Origin: Scenedesmus sp. PABB004
Lineage: Eukaryota
Direction of reading: 5' to 3'
DNA: 64,000 bases
Assembly (NCBI GenBank): GCA_014905635.1
Contig: JABVCE010000040.1
Coordinates: 1 to 64,000, forward strand
Positions 1-10,561 of this stretch are shown here, one piece after another. The stretch's first letter is position 1; each line of letters begins with the position of its first letter. Below the pieces are notes generated by a model that saw only the letters and a program-made list of their open reading frames with translations, was not told the DNA's origin and searched no databases. The position numbers and the translations under genes are program-made.

Positions 1-2
1 GC

Positions 3-507
3 GGCGGCTGCACGCGCTCCGTGCGCGGCGGCTTGGCGTGCTGCCTGCCCGGTGGGGCGGCTTTTTCATCGGTGCCGCGGCTTTCTCAGGGGTTTTTGCA
101 GCAAAGCCAACTGCTGCCCCCTGGTGTGTGCGTGTGTCGTCGCGAGGCGCGGGGGCTGATGCCGCTGAGGCCGGCCCCTGCCGCCGCCAGCGTGGATGGC
201 GTTTGCGCGTGGTCTCTGCGCGGAGGCTTGGAGCCGGTGCACCTCGCTGCGCCGATGCCCGGTGCGGCTCGCCGCACCGGAAGGGGGGTGTGCGGCCTGA
301 TCTGCTGCTGCCCCTTTGATTGCGGGGCATCACCTGGTCTCCTTGGGCGCCCGTTGGGCGTTGGCCTCTGGCTGTGCCGTTGGGTGATGTGTGTGCCCCC
401 TCTCGGGGGGCGCGGGGCGCGGTTTTTCACGAGGGGTTGCTGCGCTCTTCCCGTTGGAGTTTTTTTCAGTGGGCTGCCCTGGGCCTCGGTCCTTGTTTGG
501 TCACCCA

Positions 508-538
<31 letters not shown>
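3..538 (+). mobile_element. Poly(A)-tailed non-LTR retroelement-like insertion, copy 1 (3' part only; truncated or cut by window edge)
   Basis: 3..538 is near-identical to 993..1515 (a few substitutions and indels). It ends CCCATTGT followed by 27 A (512-538), then immediately GGGGAAACGGCG, the start of the satellite unit. Confidence 0.7.
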
Positions 539-709
539 GGGGAAACGGCGCCCGGCAGCGCTGCGCCGCGGCGCCGCCGAGCGGCGCGCGCGCGGGCGGC
601 GCGCGGCCCGCGGCGCGGCGCGGCCGCCGGCGGCGGACCTCGGCGGCGCAGCGCGTGCCGGGCAGCCCGTTGGAGCCCCGCACCTCCGCTCCGCAGGGGC
701 GGCGGGGCA
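539..709. repeat. Single 171-bp satellite unit between the two insertions
   Basis: Same sequence as the units at 1516-2343 (GGGGAAACGGCGCCCGGCAG...CCCGTTGGAGCCCCGCACCTCCGCTCCGCAGGGGCGGCGGGGCA). Confidence 0.95.
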
Positions 710-721
710 GGGGAAACGGCG

Positions 722-1515
722 GCGCCGGCGCTGGCCCCGCCGGCGGCGCAGGACCCCGCGGCGGCGGCGCGGCGGCGGCGGCGGCGCAGCGCGGCGGCTA
801 GCTGCAGGGGCCGGGGGGGTCCGCGGCCGGGCTTGCTGCGACCCCGGCTGGCTGCGTGTCGCGCCTCTTCTGCAGCGTGCAAGGTTGGGCGGTGTCCGCC
901 CGTGCCGCGGGGCTGGTGTCTGCGTGTTTGTCGTCGCGCGGCAAGGGGGCTGCAGCCGATGGGGGCCGGCCCCTGGCGCCGCCGGCGTGTTTGGCGGCTG
1001 CACGCGCTCCGTGCGCGGCGGCTTGGCGTGCTGCCTGCCCGGTGGGGCGGCTTTCTCATCGGTGCGCGGCTTTCTCAGGGGTTTTTGCAGCAAAGCCAAC
1101 TGCTGCCCCCTGGTGTGTGCGTGTGTCGTCGCGAGGCGCGGGATGCCGCTGAGGCCGGCCCCTGCCGCCGCCAGCGTGGATGGCGTTTGCGCGTGGTCTC
1201 TGCGCGGAGGCTTGGAGCCGGTGCACCTCGCTGCGCCGATGCCCGGTGCGGCTCGCCGCACCGGAAGGGGGGGGTGCGGCCTGATCTGCTGCTGCCCTTT
1301 GATTGCGGGGCATCACCTGGTCTCCTTGGGCGCCCGTTGGGCGTTGGCCTCTGGCTGTGCCGTTGGGTGATGTGTGTGCCCCCTCTCGGGGGCGCCGGGG
1401 CGCGGTTTTTTCACGAGGGGTTGCTGCGCTCTTCCCGTTGGAGTTTTTTTCAGTGGGCTGCCCCTGGGCCTCGGTCCTTGTTTGGTCACCCATTGTAACA
1501 AAAAAAAAAAAAAAA
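722..1515 (+). mobile_element. Poly(A)-tailed non-LTR retroelement-like insertion, copy 2 (~0.8 kb, probably 5'-truncated LINE)
   Basis: Flanked by the direct repeat GGGGAAACGGCG at 710-721 and 1516-1527 (target-site duplication). Ends with TGTAA (1494-1498), C, then 16 A. The body is GT-rich and resembles a 3'UTR. No RT or endonuclease motif recognised. Confidence 0.75.
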
Positions 1516-2343
1516 GGGGAAACGGCGCCCGGCAGCGCTGCGCCGCGGCGCCGCCGAGCGGCGCGCGCGGGCGGCGCGCGGCCCGCGGCGCGGCGCGGCC
1601 GCCGGCGGCGGACCTCGGCGGCGCAGCGCGTGCCGGGGCAGCCCGTTGGAGCCCCGCACCTCCGCTCCGCAGGGGCGGCGGGGCAGGGGAAACGGCGCCC
1701 GGCAGCGCTGCGCCGCGGCGCCGCCGAGCGGCGCGCGCGGCGGCGGCGCGCGGCCCGCGGCGCGGCGCGGCCGCCGGCGGCGGACCTCGGCGGCGCAGCG
1801 CGTGCCGGGGCAGCCCGTTGGAGCCCCGCACCTCCGCTCCGCAGGGGCGGCGGGGCAGGGGAAACGGCGCCCGGCAGCGCTGCGCCGCGGCGCCGCCGAG
1901 CGGCGCGCGCGCGGCGGCGCGCGGCCCGCGGCGCGGCGCGGCCGCCGGCGGCGGACCTCGGCGGCGCAGCGCGTGCCGGGGCAAGCCGTTGGAGCCCCGC
2001 ACCTCCGCTCCGCAGGGGCGGCGGGGCAGGGGAAACGGCGCCCGGCAGCGCTGCGCCGCGGCGCCGCCGAGCGGCGCCGCGCGCGGGCGGGCGCGCGGCC
2101 CGCGGCGCGGCGCGGCCGCCGGCGCGACCTCGGCGGCGCAGCGCGTGCCGGGGCAGCCCGTTGGAGCCCCGCACCTCCGCTCCGCAGGGGCGGCGGGGCA
2201 GGGGAAACGGCGCCCGGCAGCGCTGCGCCGCGGCGCGGCGCCGAGCGGCGCGCGCGCGGGCGGCGCGCGGCCCGCGGCGCGGCGCGGCCGCCGGCGGCGG
2301 ACCTCGGCGGCGCAGCGCGTGCCGGGGCAGCCCGTTGGAGCCC
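1516..2343. repeat. GC-rich tandem satellite, 170-172-bp units (4 full + 1 partial)
   Basis: Units start at 1516, 1686, 1858, 2029 and 2201. They are near-identical and head-to-tail with no unique spacers. Confidence 0.97.
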
Positions 2344-2428
2344 GGCGAGTGTATGCGCGCACCGAGCGGAGCAGGGACCCTCGTTTGCGATGATTCGGGC
2401 GGGTGGCGCCGCAACTCAGCTCGATTCA

Positions 2429-2433
2429 TTACA
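2429..2433 (-). terminator. Putative TGTAA polyadenylation signal of PTOX
   Basis: TTACA on + strand, ~390 nt past the PTOX stop. UGUAA is the established chlorophyte poly(A) signal. Confidence 0.5.
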
Positions 2434-2816
2434 CCGCACGCGCGCTCGCTGAAGCCATGTGCTCGTGCGTCTGCAATCCACATATCAAGAGCTAGGAGGG
2501 TGCACGTGGATTTGCCCTCACGCAAACAATGCTTGCCACCGCCGCCCAAAATCGCGGCGGCAATGTCAGTTGGGTTGTGTGTGCATGACTGACTGACTGC
2601 ATGCTGCGCGCGCCGTGACAAAACATGGCAGCGGCAAACGTGGCAGCGCCTGCAACAAGGGCTGCGAGGCTTGCGTCGCAGCGGGGCCCAGCCGTCGGCG
2701 GCCGTCGCCAGGAAAAGTGCGGGGCGAGAGTGTTATTGCTGCCGGGAGCTGCCTGCCCCGACCCCCGCGCGCCGCGCCCTGCCCCGCGCACGCCGCGCCC
2801 TGCCCCGTCGCGTGGT

Positions 2817-4084
2817 TTAGAGCCGGCGGCCCGCCTCCTTGCGTGCGGCGATGTCGGCCATGATGGTGAGGTCCTGGCACGCGGCCATGGTCTTGACATG
2901 CTCGCCCTCGTCGTCCCGGATGTTGATGAACACATCGTGCAGGTTGTCGCACCGCGGCGTGCGCGGGCTCGCGGTCGAGGCCTGGCGCACGCAGGCGGCA
3001 GCGGCAGCGGCGCTGAGGCGCGGCGCGGCGCGGCGCCGGGTGCGCGTGCGCGGCATCGCCTACGCAGGCGGCGCCCGGTGGCCGCTCTCGCACACCCCGC
3101 CGCCCTGGTACGCCCCACCCCGCGCCAATAACTCACCTGGCTCGTTTGGAAGTCGTCAAAGAGGTACAGGTCCTGCCCGGGGGGGGGTGGAAGGGGACGG
3201 GCGAGCTGGATGCGGCGCAAGCTGCCGGCCTCCCGGTTGACCAGCCTGCAGCCCAGGCACGCCCCACTCACGGGCCAAGGCAAGCCCTAGCCCCCCCTCC
3301 ACCCCACACACGCGCGCTTGCGCGCACCTTGCCCAGGTAGTACTCGGCCGCCACGAGCGGCGGCGGCAGCGTCTTCAGCAGCTCCTCGTTCGCGTCCGCA
3401 AACTCGCCCTGCGCGCGCGGGGCGGGGGGGGGGGGGGGGGCTCGGCGCGCACGGCGGCGCGTTGCGGCGGCGGCGGCGGGGCCCGCAGCGCACGGCAGCC
3501 CGCGCGCGCGCGCGCGGCATGCGCACGTATGTGTCGACCGCGTGCGCCTCGATGAGCTCGCTAAAGTTGTACGCGAGGCTGGGCGACGCGACAAAGAGGA
3601 CGAGCAGGATGACGTAATACACCATCGCCGCGTGGAAGGCCATGAAGCGGTCAACCCTGTGCGTGTGGGTGTGGGTGGGTGTGGGTGTGGGTGGGTGCGC
3701 GCGGCGGGGGGGGGGGCGGTGCGCGGCGGGCGCGCGCTTGCCGCTCGAGGGAGGGAAGGAGGGGCCGCGCTCGCACAGGCCCGCGCCGCGCCGCGCGGAG
3801 CCGGCGCCGCACCAGAGTTGGTCGCCGCCGAGGCTCTCCATGATCTGCAGGTGGTGCAGCTCGTTCCACTCCTCCGCAAAGTGGATCTTGCGCAACTCCG
3901 CGCCCGCGCGCCACCAGCCAAAACGTCTCGTACAGGTGCAGGCTGCGCCGCGCGGCGCGCCGGCGGCGGCAAGGCGTGGTGTGCGCGCCGGGGGGCGCGG
4001 GGGAGGCGCGGCGGGGCGGCGCTATCGCCCCCGGCATGTTGCTGCGACCGCCTGCGCATGACACGCACACACACAAGCCCCCCC

Positions 4085-4166
<82 letters not shown>

Positions 4167-6034
4167 CACACCCCCCCCCCCCCCCCGCCCCCGATGCCAC
4201 GCACCACGTGATGTAGCTGAAGTAGGGCATGCGCGCGACGGTCTCGAGCAGCCAGAAGCGCTGGATAGGCCTTGGGGAAGGGGAGGGTGCAACGACGGGC
4301 CGGGCGCGGCGGCTCGTGAGCGCGGGCGCCGCGCGCCCCGTGCCCACACGCCCGCACCCCACGCGCCCACAGTCCCAACCACCTGTTGTCAAAGGCGACG
4401 TCCAGGAAGACGCACAATGCGAGGTAAACGCCACGCACTAGCCAGGGCGTCTCCACGCCCGCGCCCGCCGCCTCGCGCGCGTGCTCGCGCGCCACACCGC
4501 CGCGTTGTTCAGGCGCAGCTTGCCCAGCTTGGCGCGGATCTGCGCGCGGCGCGGGCATGCGCGGGCGGGGTCGGTCGGCGCCGTTGGGGCCGCGGGGCCG
4601 CGCGCGCGGCGGCGCGCGGCGCGTTCCGCGCCGCGCGGCGCGGGCTCCGCGCGGCGTGCGCACCTCGCGGCACTCGCCGCGCATGCCGCCCGTGCTGACG
4701 TCGAGCACCTCGGCCGGGATCGCGACCGGCAGCAGCGGCAGGAAGAGGCGCCGCCGCTCGAGCCACTCGTCGATGCGCGCAAAGAGGCGCACCACCGCGC
4801 TGCCCGCTGCGTAGCCCGCCTGGGCAGGGCGACGGCGCCGGCGTGTGTGAGGAGCGAGGCTGGCCGCGCGCTGCGGCGGGGCCGGGGCCGGGGCCGGGGC
4901 GCCCGCGCCGCCGCGGGCGTGCCGGCGCTCCGCGGGGCTGTGCGCGCCGCACCTTGCCGAGCGGCCCCTGGGGCGGGTTGGCGGCCGCGATCTTGCCGTA
5001 GTCGTCATACCTGGCGCGGGAAGCAAAGCGCGAGCGAGCGAGCGACGAGGTGAGCGGGGCGGGCGCGAGCAGGGGGGCGCCCGCGCCGCGACCCCGCGCT
5101 GTGGCGGCGCGGCGCACCTGAACGAGCGCCGCAGCTGCCGCCACTCCGCCTGGAAGTTGCTCCACGCCTGGGGGCAGTCGTCCGGCGAGGTCGGCGAGCG
5201 GCGCAGCGCGGCCCGCGGGCACCGGCGCCGCCGCCGGTGCGCCGCGCCCGCTGCGCCGCCGCGCGGCCGTGGCGCGCGCCCCGCGCCCCTGCCGCGCACC
5301 AGCGTCCAGGCGGAGACGGGGATCTGGCCGTACCCCTCCTGGTAGAGGCGCCCCGTGTCGCTGCGGAAGCCGTAGTCGCAGCACATCACACGCACTGCAC
5401 GCGCGCACGCGGCGGACGCGGCGGCGGCGGGCCTTGAGCCGCGCCCGCCTCGCGGCGCCGGCGGGAGGCGCGGCGCTGCGGGCGGCGCGCACTGCCCGCG
5501 CCGCGGCGCACCCAGGTTGCCGCTTCTATCCTCGAAGACCGGGCAGTTGCCCTCCTCGTCCTCGTCGACGGGGCACTCCTCCTCCTCCTCCGCGTCGCCC
5601 GGCGCCCGCTGCTGCTCCGCGTCGCGCGGCGGCGCAGACGGCGCGGCTGCGCGCGGCCCGGGGCTGCGACGGCGCGCGGGTGGTGCGGTGGCGCAGTTGT
5701 CTGGCCGTGCCAGGCCGTGCCAGGCCAGGCCGCGCGCCCCTGAGCAGCGCCGGCGCCGGTCGGGAGCGCTTCCGGAAAGCGCAGCAGCTGCTGCTCGCTC
5801 GCGGGCTGCTGCCGCGCGGCCGGCTCACCTGTCGGCGCCGCCGGGACGCACGGTGGCCACGCCCGCCGCGACACGCCGCCGCGGCCGCAGCGGCAGCTGG
5901 GCGCCGCCCCACGCGGGCCGCGGCGGCGGCGCAGCAGCGCGCGGCGCGCCGCCGCGCTGCTGCGCCGCCGCCGGGGCATGCCGACGGGCCGGCGCGCCCG
6001 CCTGGCGGCACGCCAGCGCTGTCGGCGCCAGCAT
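2817..6034 (-). CDS. PTOX: Plastid terminal oxidase (alternative oxidase family), multi-exon
   Basis: Exons read RFWLLETVARMPYFSY, LHLYETFGWWR..ELRKIHFAEEWNELHHLQIMESLGGDQ, AYNFSELIEAHAVDTY, DLYLFDDFQT and LHDVFINIRDDEGEHVKTM (diiron ExxH motifs, PTOX type). N-terminus MLAPTALACRQ.. is Ala/Arg-rich like a transit peptide. Two 1-nt frameshifts near 3920 and 4492. Confidence 0.93.
4088..4163. repeat. (CA)n microsatellite in a PTOX intron, flanked by poly-C runs
   Basis: Directly visible uninterrupted CA repeat. Confidence 0.97.
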
Positions 6035-6389
6035 GGCGTGGCTACTGCGCTCGGCGCAGCAAGGGGAGGGCAGTTCGACTCCGGGGCAGCGACGGTTGCG
6101 GGTGCGCTGTCGACGGGCAGCGCCGCGGCTGATGCGATGGCTGGGCGTGTGACGCGGGACGCGACGACCGCGGGCCGGGCGAGGGGAGCTCGGGGCGCAG
6201 CAGGAGTGAGCGCGGCGCACCGCGACCAAACCGCGGCGCCCCGCCCCCGGCGCCCCGGCGCCCTGGAGTCCTCGCACACTGCGCCGTCGACACGGCGCCC
6301 GCAGTCGTTCGCCGCCGCACGCCGCCGCCCGCGCCGGCGCTCCGGCCGCGCCGCCGCTGCCGCCGCCGCTGCCGTCGAGCCTGCCAGCC

Positions 6390-6951
6390 ATGGGCGGTGA
6401 GCCGCGCGCCGACAGAGCAGCGCCCAGCAGCGTGGCGGGGCCGCACCCGACGCCCGGGCACGCCAATCCGCAGGGACGGCGCACCCGCTCGACCCGCTGT
6501 CGGCGCGGGAGGTCGAGGCCGCCGCGGCCGCCTGCCGCGAGCGCGCGAAGCGCGAGGGCCTGCCGCAGCTGCGCTTCAACACCATCACCCTGCAGGCGCG
6601 TGCCGCGCGGCGCCGCGATCGGCGCGCGCCGCGCCGCCGGCAGCGGCCGCGCGAACAACCCTGCGCGCCCGCCCCGCCGCGCGCAGGAGCCGCCCAAGGC
6701 GGCGCTGCTGGCGTTTGCGGCGGGGCGCGGCCCGCGGCCGCCGCGGCACGCGTTCTGCATCCTGCAGACGCCGCCGAGCGTGGACGTGCTCGAGGCGCTG
6801 GTCGACCTGCGCGGCATGGCGGGCGCCGTCGTCGACTGGCGCCGGGTGCGCGGCGCGGCTGCGCGGCGCGGCCGGGCGGCGCGGATGCGCCGGGGGGCGC
6901 CCCGGGCGGGTGGGCGCATGCGCGCCAGCGAGCGAGCGCGCGGCTGACCGA

Positions 6952-6990
<39 letters not shown>

Positions 6991-8546
6991 ACTGCGACAA
7001 CCCTAGCTGGACGGCGCGTCCATGGACGGCGGCCCGCTCGCGACGCCGGACGACTGCCTGGAGGCCGAGGCCATCGCGCGCGCCGACGCGCGGGTGACGC
7101 GGCCGCGCCGCGGTCGTGCGGCACAGAGCGCGCCGCGCACTGCGCCGCCGCCGCCGCTCACGCGCCCGCCGGCCGGCGCAGGTCGCGGCGCTGCTGTCGG
7201 AGCGCGGCGTGTCGCTGGCGCAGGTCGCGTGCGACCCCTGGGCCATCCACGCCTGCCCGCCCGAGTGGCGCGGCCGCCGGCTCATGCAGGCGCGGTGGCG
7301 CCACGCGGCCGGGCGCCCCGCCCCGCTCCCTGCGCGCGGCCGAGCGCACGCCCCACCAGCACGCCGCGTCTCCCTCGCCTCCTGCCCCCCCTCTCCGCTC
7401 CCGCACGGGGCGCTTCCGTCCGTCCCCCTTGTCCGTCAACCCCCGCCCGCCCAACGTCCGTCCGGCCCTGCTCACACACTCACACACACACACACACACA
7501 CACACACCAGGTGTTTATGTACTTCAAGGCCTCCCCCGATGATAACGAGTACGCGCACCCGCTCGACCTCTGCCCCGTCGTCGACCTGCACGCCCGCACC
7601 GTGGTGCACATCGACGCGTACGACGCCCCGCCCGCCGTGCCGCGCCGCCCCGGCAACTACCACCGTGCGCTGCTCGACCGCCCCTTCCGCGCGCCGCCGC
7701 GGCCGCTGACCGTCAGCCAGCCCGAGGCGCGGCGCGCCGCGCCGCGCAGTGCGGCGCGGCCGGCCGCGCCGCGCGGCCCGCGCGCGCGCGCTCGGTGCCC
7801 CGCCCGCCAACGGCCCGCGTCCGCGTCGGCGCCCGCGTCGGCGGCGCGCAGGGTCCGTCGTTCACGGTGGACGGCTGGCACGTGTCGTGGCAGGGCTGGG
7901 ACCTGCGCCTGGGGTTCAACGGGCGCGAGGGCCTGGTGCTGCACGACGTGGGGCTGGTCGACCCCGCCCAGGGCGGGCGGCGCCGCCCCGTGGTGCACCG
8001 CGCCTCCATCGTGGAGATGGCGGTGCCTTACGCCGACCCACGGTGGGGCGCGCCGCGCCCGCGCGGCGGGGCGCGGGGCACGGGGTGCAGGGCCGGGCGG
8101 GCGGCAGGCGGCGGAGCGCGGGGCCCGGGGCCCGGGCGGGGGACAGGCGCGGCGACGGGCTGAGCCGCCGCCGCTCCCGGGCGCAGGCCGCCGTACAACC
8201 GCAAGTGCGCGCTGGACGCGGGCGACTACGGCCTCGGCTTTGCCGCCAACAGGTGCGCCCGCCGCGCCTGCCGCGCGCACCGTGCGCACGCGCGGCGGGG
8301 CAGGGCGGGGCCGACCCGCGCATGCGCGTCCGCACTAACCGCGACACCCGCGCCGCCCCCGCCGCCGCGTCGTGGCTGTGCAGCCTGTCGCTGGGCTGCG
8401 ACTGCCTGGGCGAGGTGACCTACTTTGACGCCATCGTCAACGACGCGGCGGGGGCGCCCGTGACCATCCGCAACGCCGTCTGCCTCCACGAGGCGCGCGC
8501 GGCGCGCGCAGCGGGGCGCGGCGCCAGGCGGGCGCGCTCAGCCGCC

Positions 8547-8577
<31 letters not shown>

Positions 8578-10561
8578 CAGGAGGACCACGGCCTGCTGTG
8601 GAAGCACCTGGACTATAGGTGCGTTTGGGGGGGGGGGACAGGGCAGAGGGCAGCGCCGCGCGCCGGCGGCGCGTGCGCTGCCGCGCGACCCCCGCGCGCG
8701 CGCGCCCACGCGTCCGCCGCGCCCGCCGCGGGGCCACACGCAGGACGGGCTACGCTGAGGTGCGCCGGGGGCGGCGGCTGGTGGTGAGCTTCATCATGAC
8801 GGCGGTCAACTACGAGGTGTGACGCGGCGGGTTAGCGGCAGGGAATGCCCACGGCAGCGGTTTAGCAGCAGCATCGGGGTTGAGGGATGCAGGGAGCAAG
8901 GACGGGAGCGGGGCGGAGGGAGTGGGAGTGGTGCGCCGCGCGGCCGCGTCGCTCACGCCGCCCGCGCTGCGCGCGGCCCCACGCACGCCCTTAACCGCGC
9001 AGTACTGCTGGTACTGGTACCTTTACCAGGTGAGAGGCTCCGCCCGGGGGCTGCCTGCGTGCTCGCCCGCCCGCCCGCCTGGCCGCCCGGCCGCCGCCGC
9101 GCGCCCGTGGCACGGCCCTCCGCGGCGGAGCCCTCGACGCCCCCGCCCCCGCCCCCGCCCCCGCCCCCGCGCGCCGCGCGCCGCGCGGCGCGCGCCGCCA
9201 GGACGGCACGATCGGGTTTGAGGTCAAGCTGACCGGCATCCTCTCCACCTCGCTCCTCTCGCCCGGCGAGGCGGCGCCGAGCCACGGCGTGCTCGTCGCG
9301 CCGCGCGTCAACGCGGCGCACCACCAGCACATCTTCAGCGCCCGCCTCGACCTGGCGGTCGACGACGACGCCGGCGGGCGCGGCCTCGTGGTCAGCGAGG
9401 TGCGGGGCGGCGGGCGCGCGCCAACGCGCTGCGCGCGCTGCGCGCGCGGTGGGCGGGTGGGCACGGCGGCGGCGCCGCTGCTGCGGGAGCGCTGAACGCT
9501 GAGCTTTGCCGCCGCCGCCGGTGCCGCCGCCGCGTGCGCGCGCGCAGCTGGACGCGGTGCAGGAGCCCACGGGGCCGTCCAACCCCGCGGGCAACGCGTT
9601 TGGCTGCAGCGAGCGCGACCTCACGACCGTGCACGGCGCGGTGCGGCAGGCGGCGCCGGCGGTCAACCGCGTGTGGCGCATCAAAAACCCCGCCCGCCGG
9701 CACCCCCACAGGCGCGTGCCACGCGCTGCGTGCGCCTCGCATGCGCCTCGCATGCGCCTCGCGTCCCTCTGCCCCCCCCCCCCCACACACACGCACTCAC
9801 TCACCACTCCCCCACTCTCACTCTCATCACTCTCACACGCGCAGCGGCGCGCCGATCGCGTACCACCTCTACCCCGCGGCGGGGCCGGTGCTGCTCGCGG
9901 CGCCCGACAGCGCGGTCGCGGCGCGCGCAGCCTTCACGACGGCGAGCCTCTGGGTCACGCCCCACCACGACGCCCAGCGCTTCCCGGCCGGCGAGTATGT
10001 GTTCAACTCGGCAGACGACTCGGGCCTGCGCCAGTGGACGCGCCAGGCGCGGGCGCGGGCGGCGGCGGGGGCGCGGGGCGCGGCGCCGGCGCGGGCGCGG
10101 GCGCGGGCGCGGGCGCGCGCGCGTAGGGCGGGGGCGGGCGTGGTGCGGCGCGGTGCGGCGCAGGACGCCCGCCGCCGCCGCGCCGCAGGACCGCTCGCTG
10201 CTCGGCGCCGACCCGGTCGTGTGGTACACGTTTGGGGTGAGCCGCGCCGCGGCGGCGCTGCCGCGGCAGCTGCCGGCGCCCGGGCGGGGGCAGAGGAGCG
10301 GCGGCGGCCGCCCGCGCCGGGCGCGGCGCCCGCCCACCGCGTCGCGTCGCGTCGCCGCCGCCGGTCGTGTGCCCGCAGCTGACCCACTTTGTGCGCCCCG
10401 AGGACTACCCGGTGATGCCCTGCGACACGGTGGGCTTCCAGCTCAAGCCGGTGGGGTTCTTCGAGGCAAACCCCGCGCTCGACGTGCCGCCCGAGGACGC
10501 CGCGCCCGCGGGACAGGCCGCGTGCGGCGGCGGGTGCGGGCCGCCGGCGTCCAAGCTGTGA
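6390..10561 (+). CDS. Copper amine oxidase, probably peroxisomal, ~17 exons
   Basis: [49 protein letters not shown] motif TAVNYE/Y, Cu ligands [18 protein letters not shown]-terminal SKL (PTS1). Confidence 0.95.

Noticed and set aside
722..1515. tRNA-derived SINE, or Penelope/retrozyme with a hammerhead ribozyme
   Set aside because: No Pol III A/B boxes and no CUGANGA..GAAA core found by eye on either strand; not excluded without Infernal.
539..2343. CRISPR array
   Set aside because: Units are ~171 bp with no unique spacers, there are no cas genes, and the context is eukaryotic.
21..2621. Long ORFs across the repeat region
   Set aside because: Open in nearly all frames because stops are rare at this GC content; unit lengths of 170-172 break the frame, and poly-K/F comes from the A tracts.
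2817..6034. Mitochondrial AOX, or a PTOX pseudogene
   Set aside because: Motifs are PTOX-type (ETVARMPYF, DLYLFDDFQT); the indels sit in homopolymer runs like others in the window, and the metal ligands are intact.
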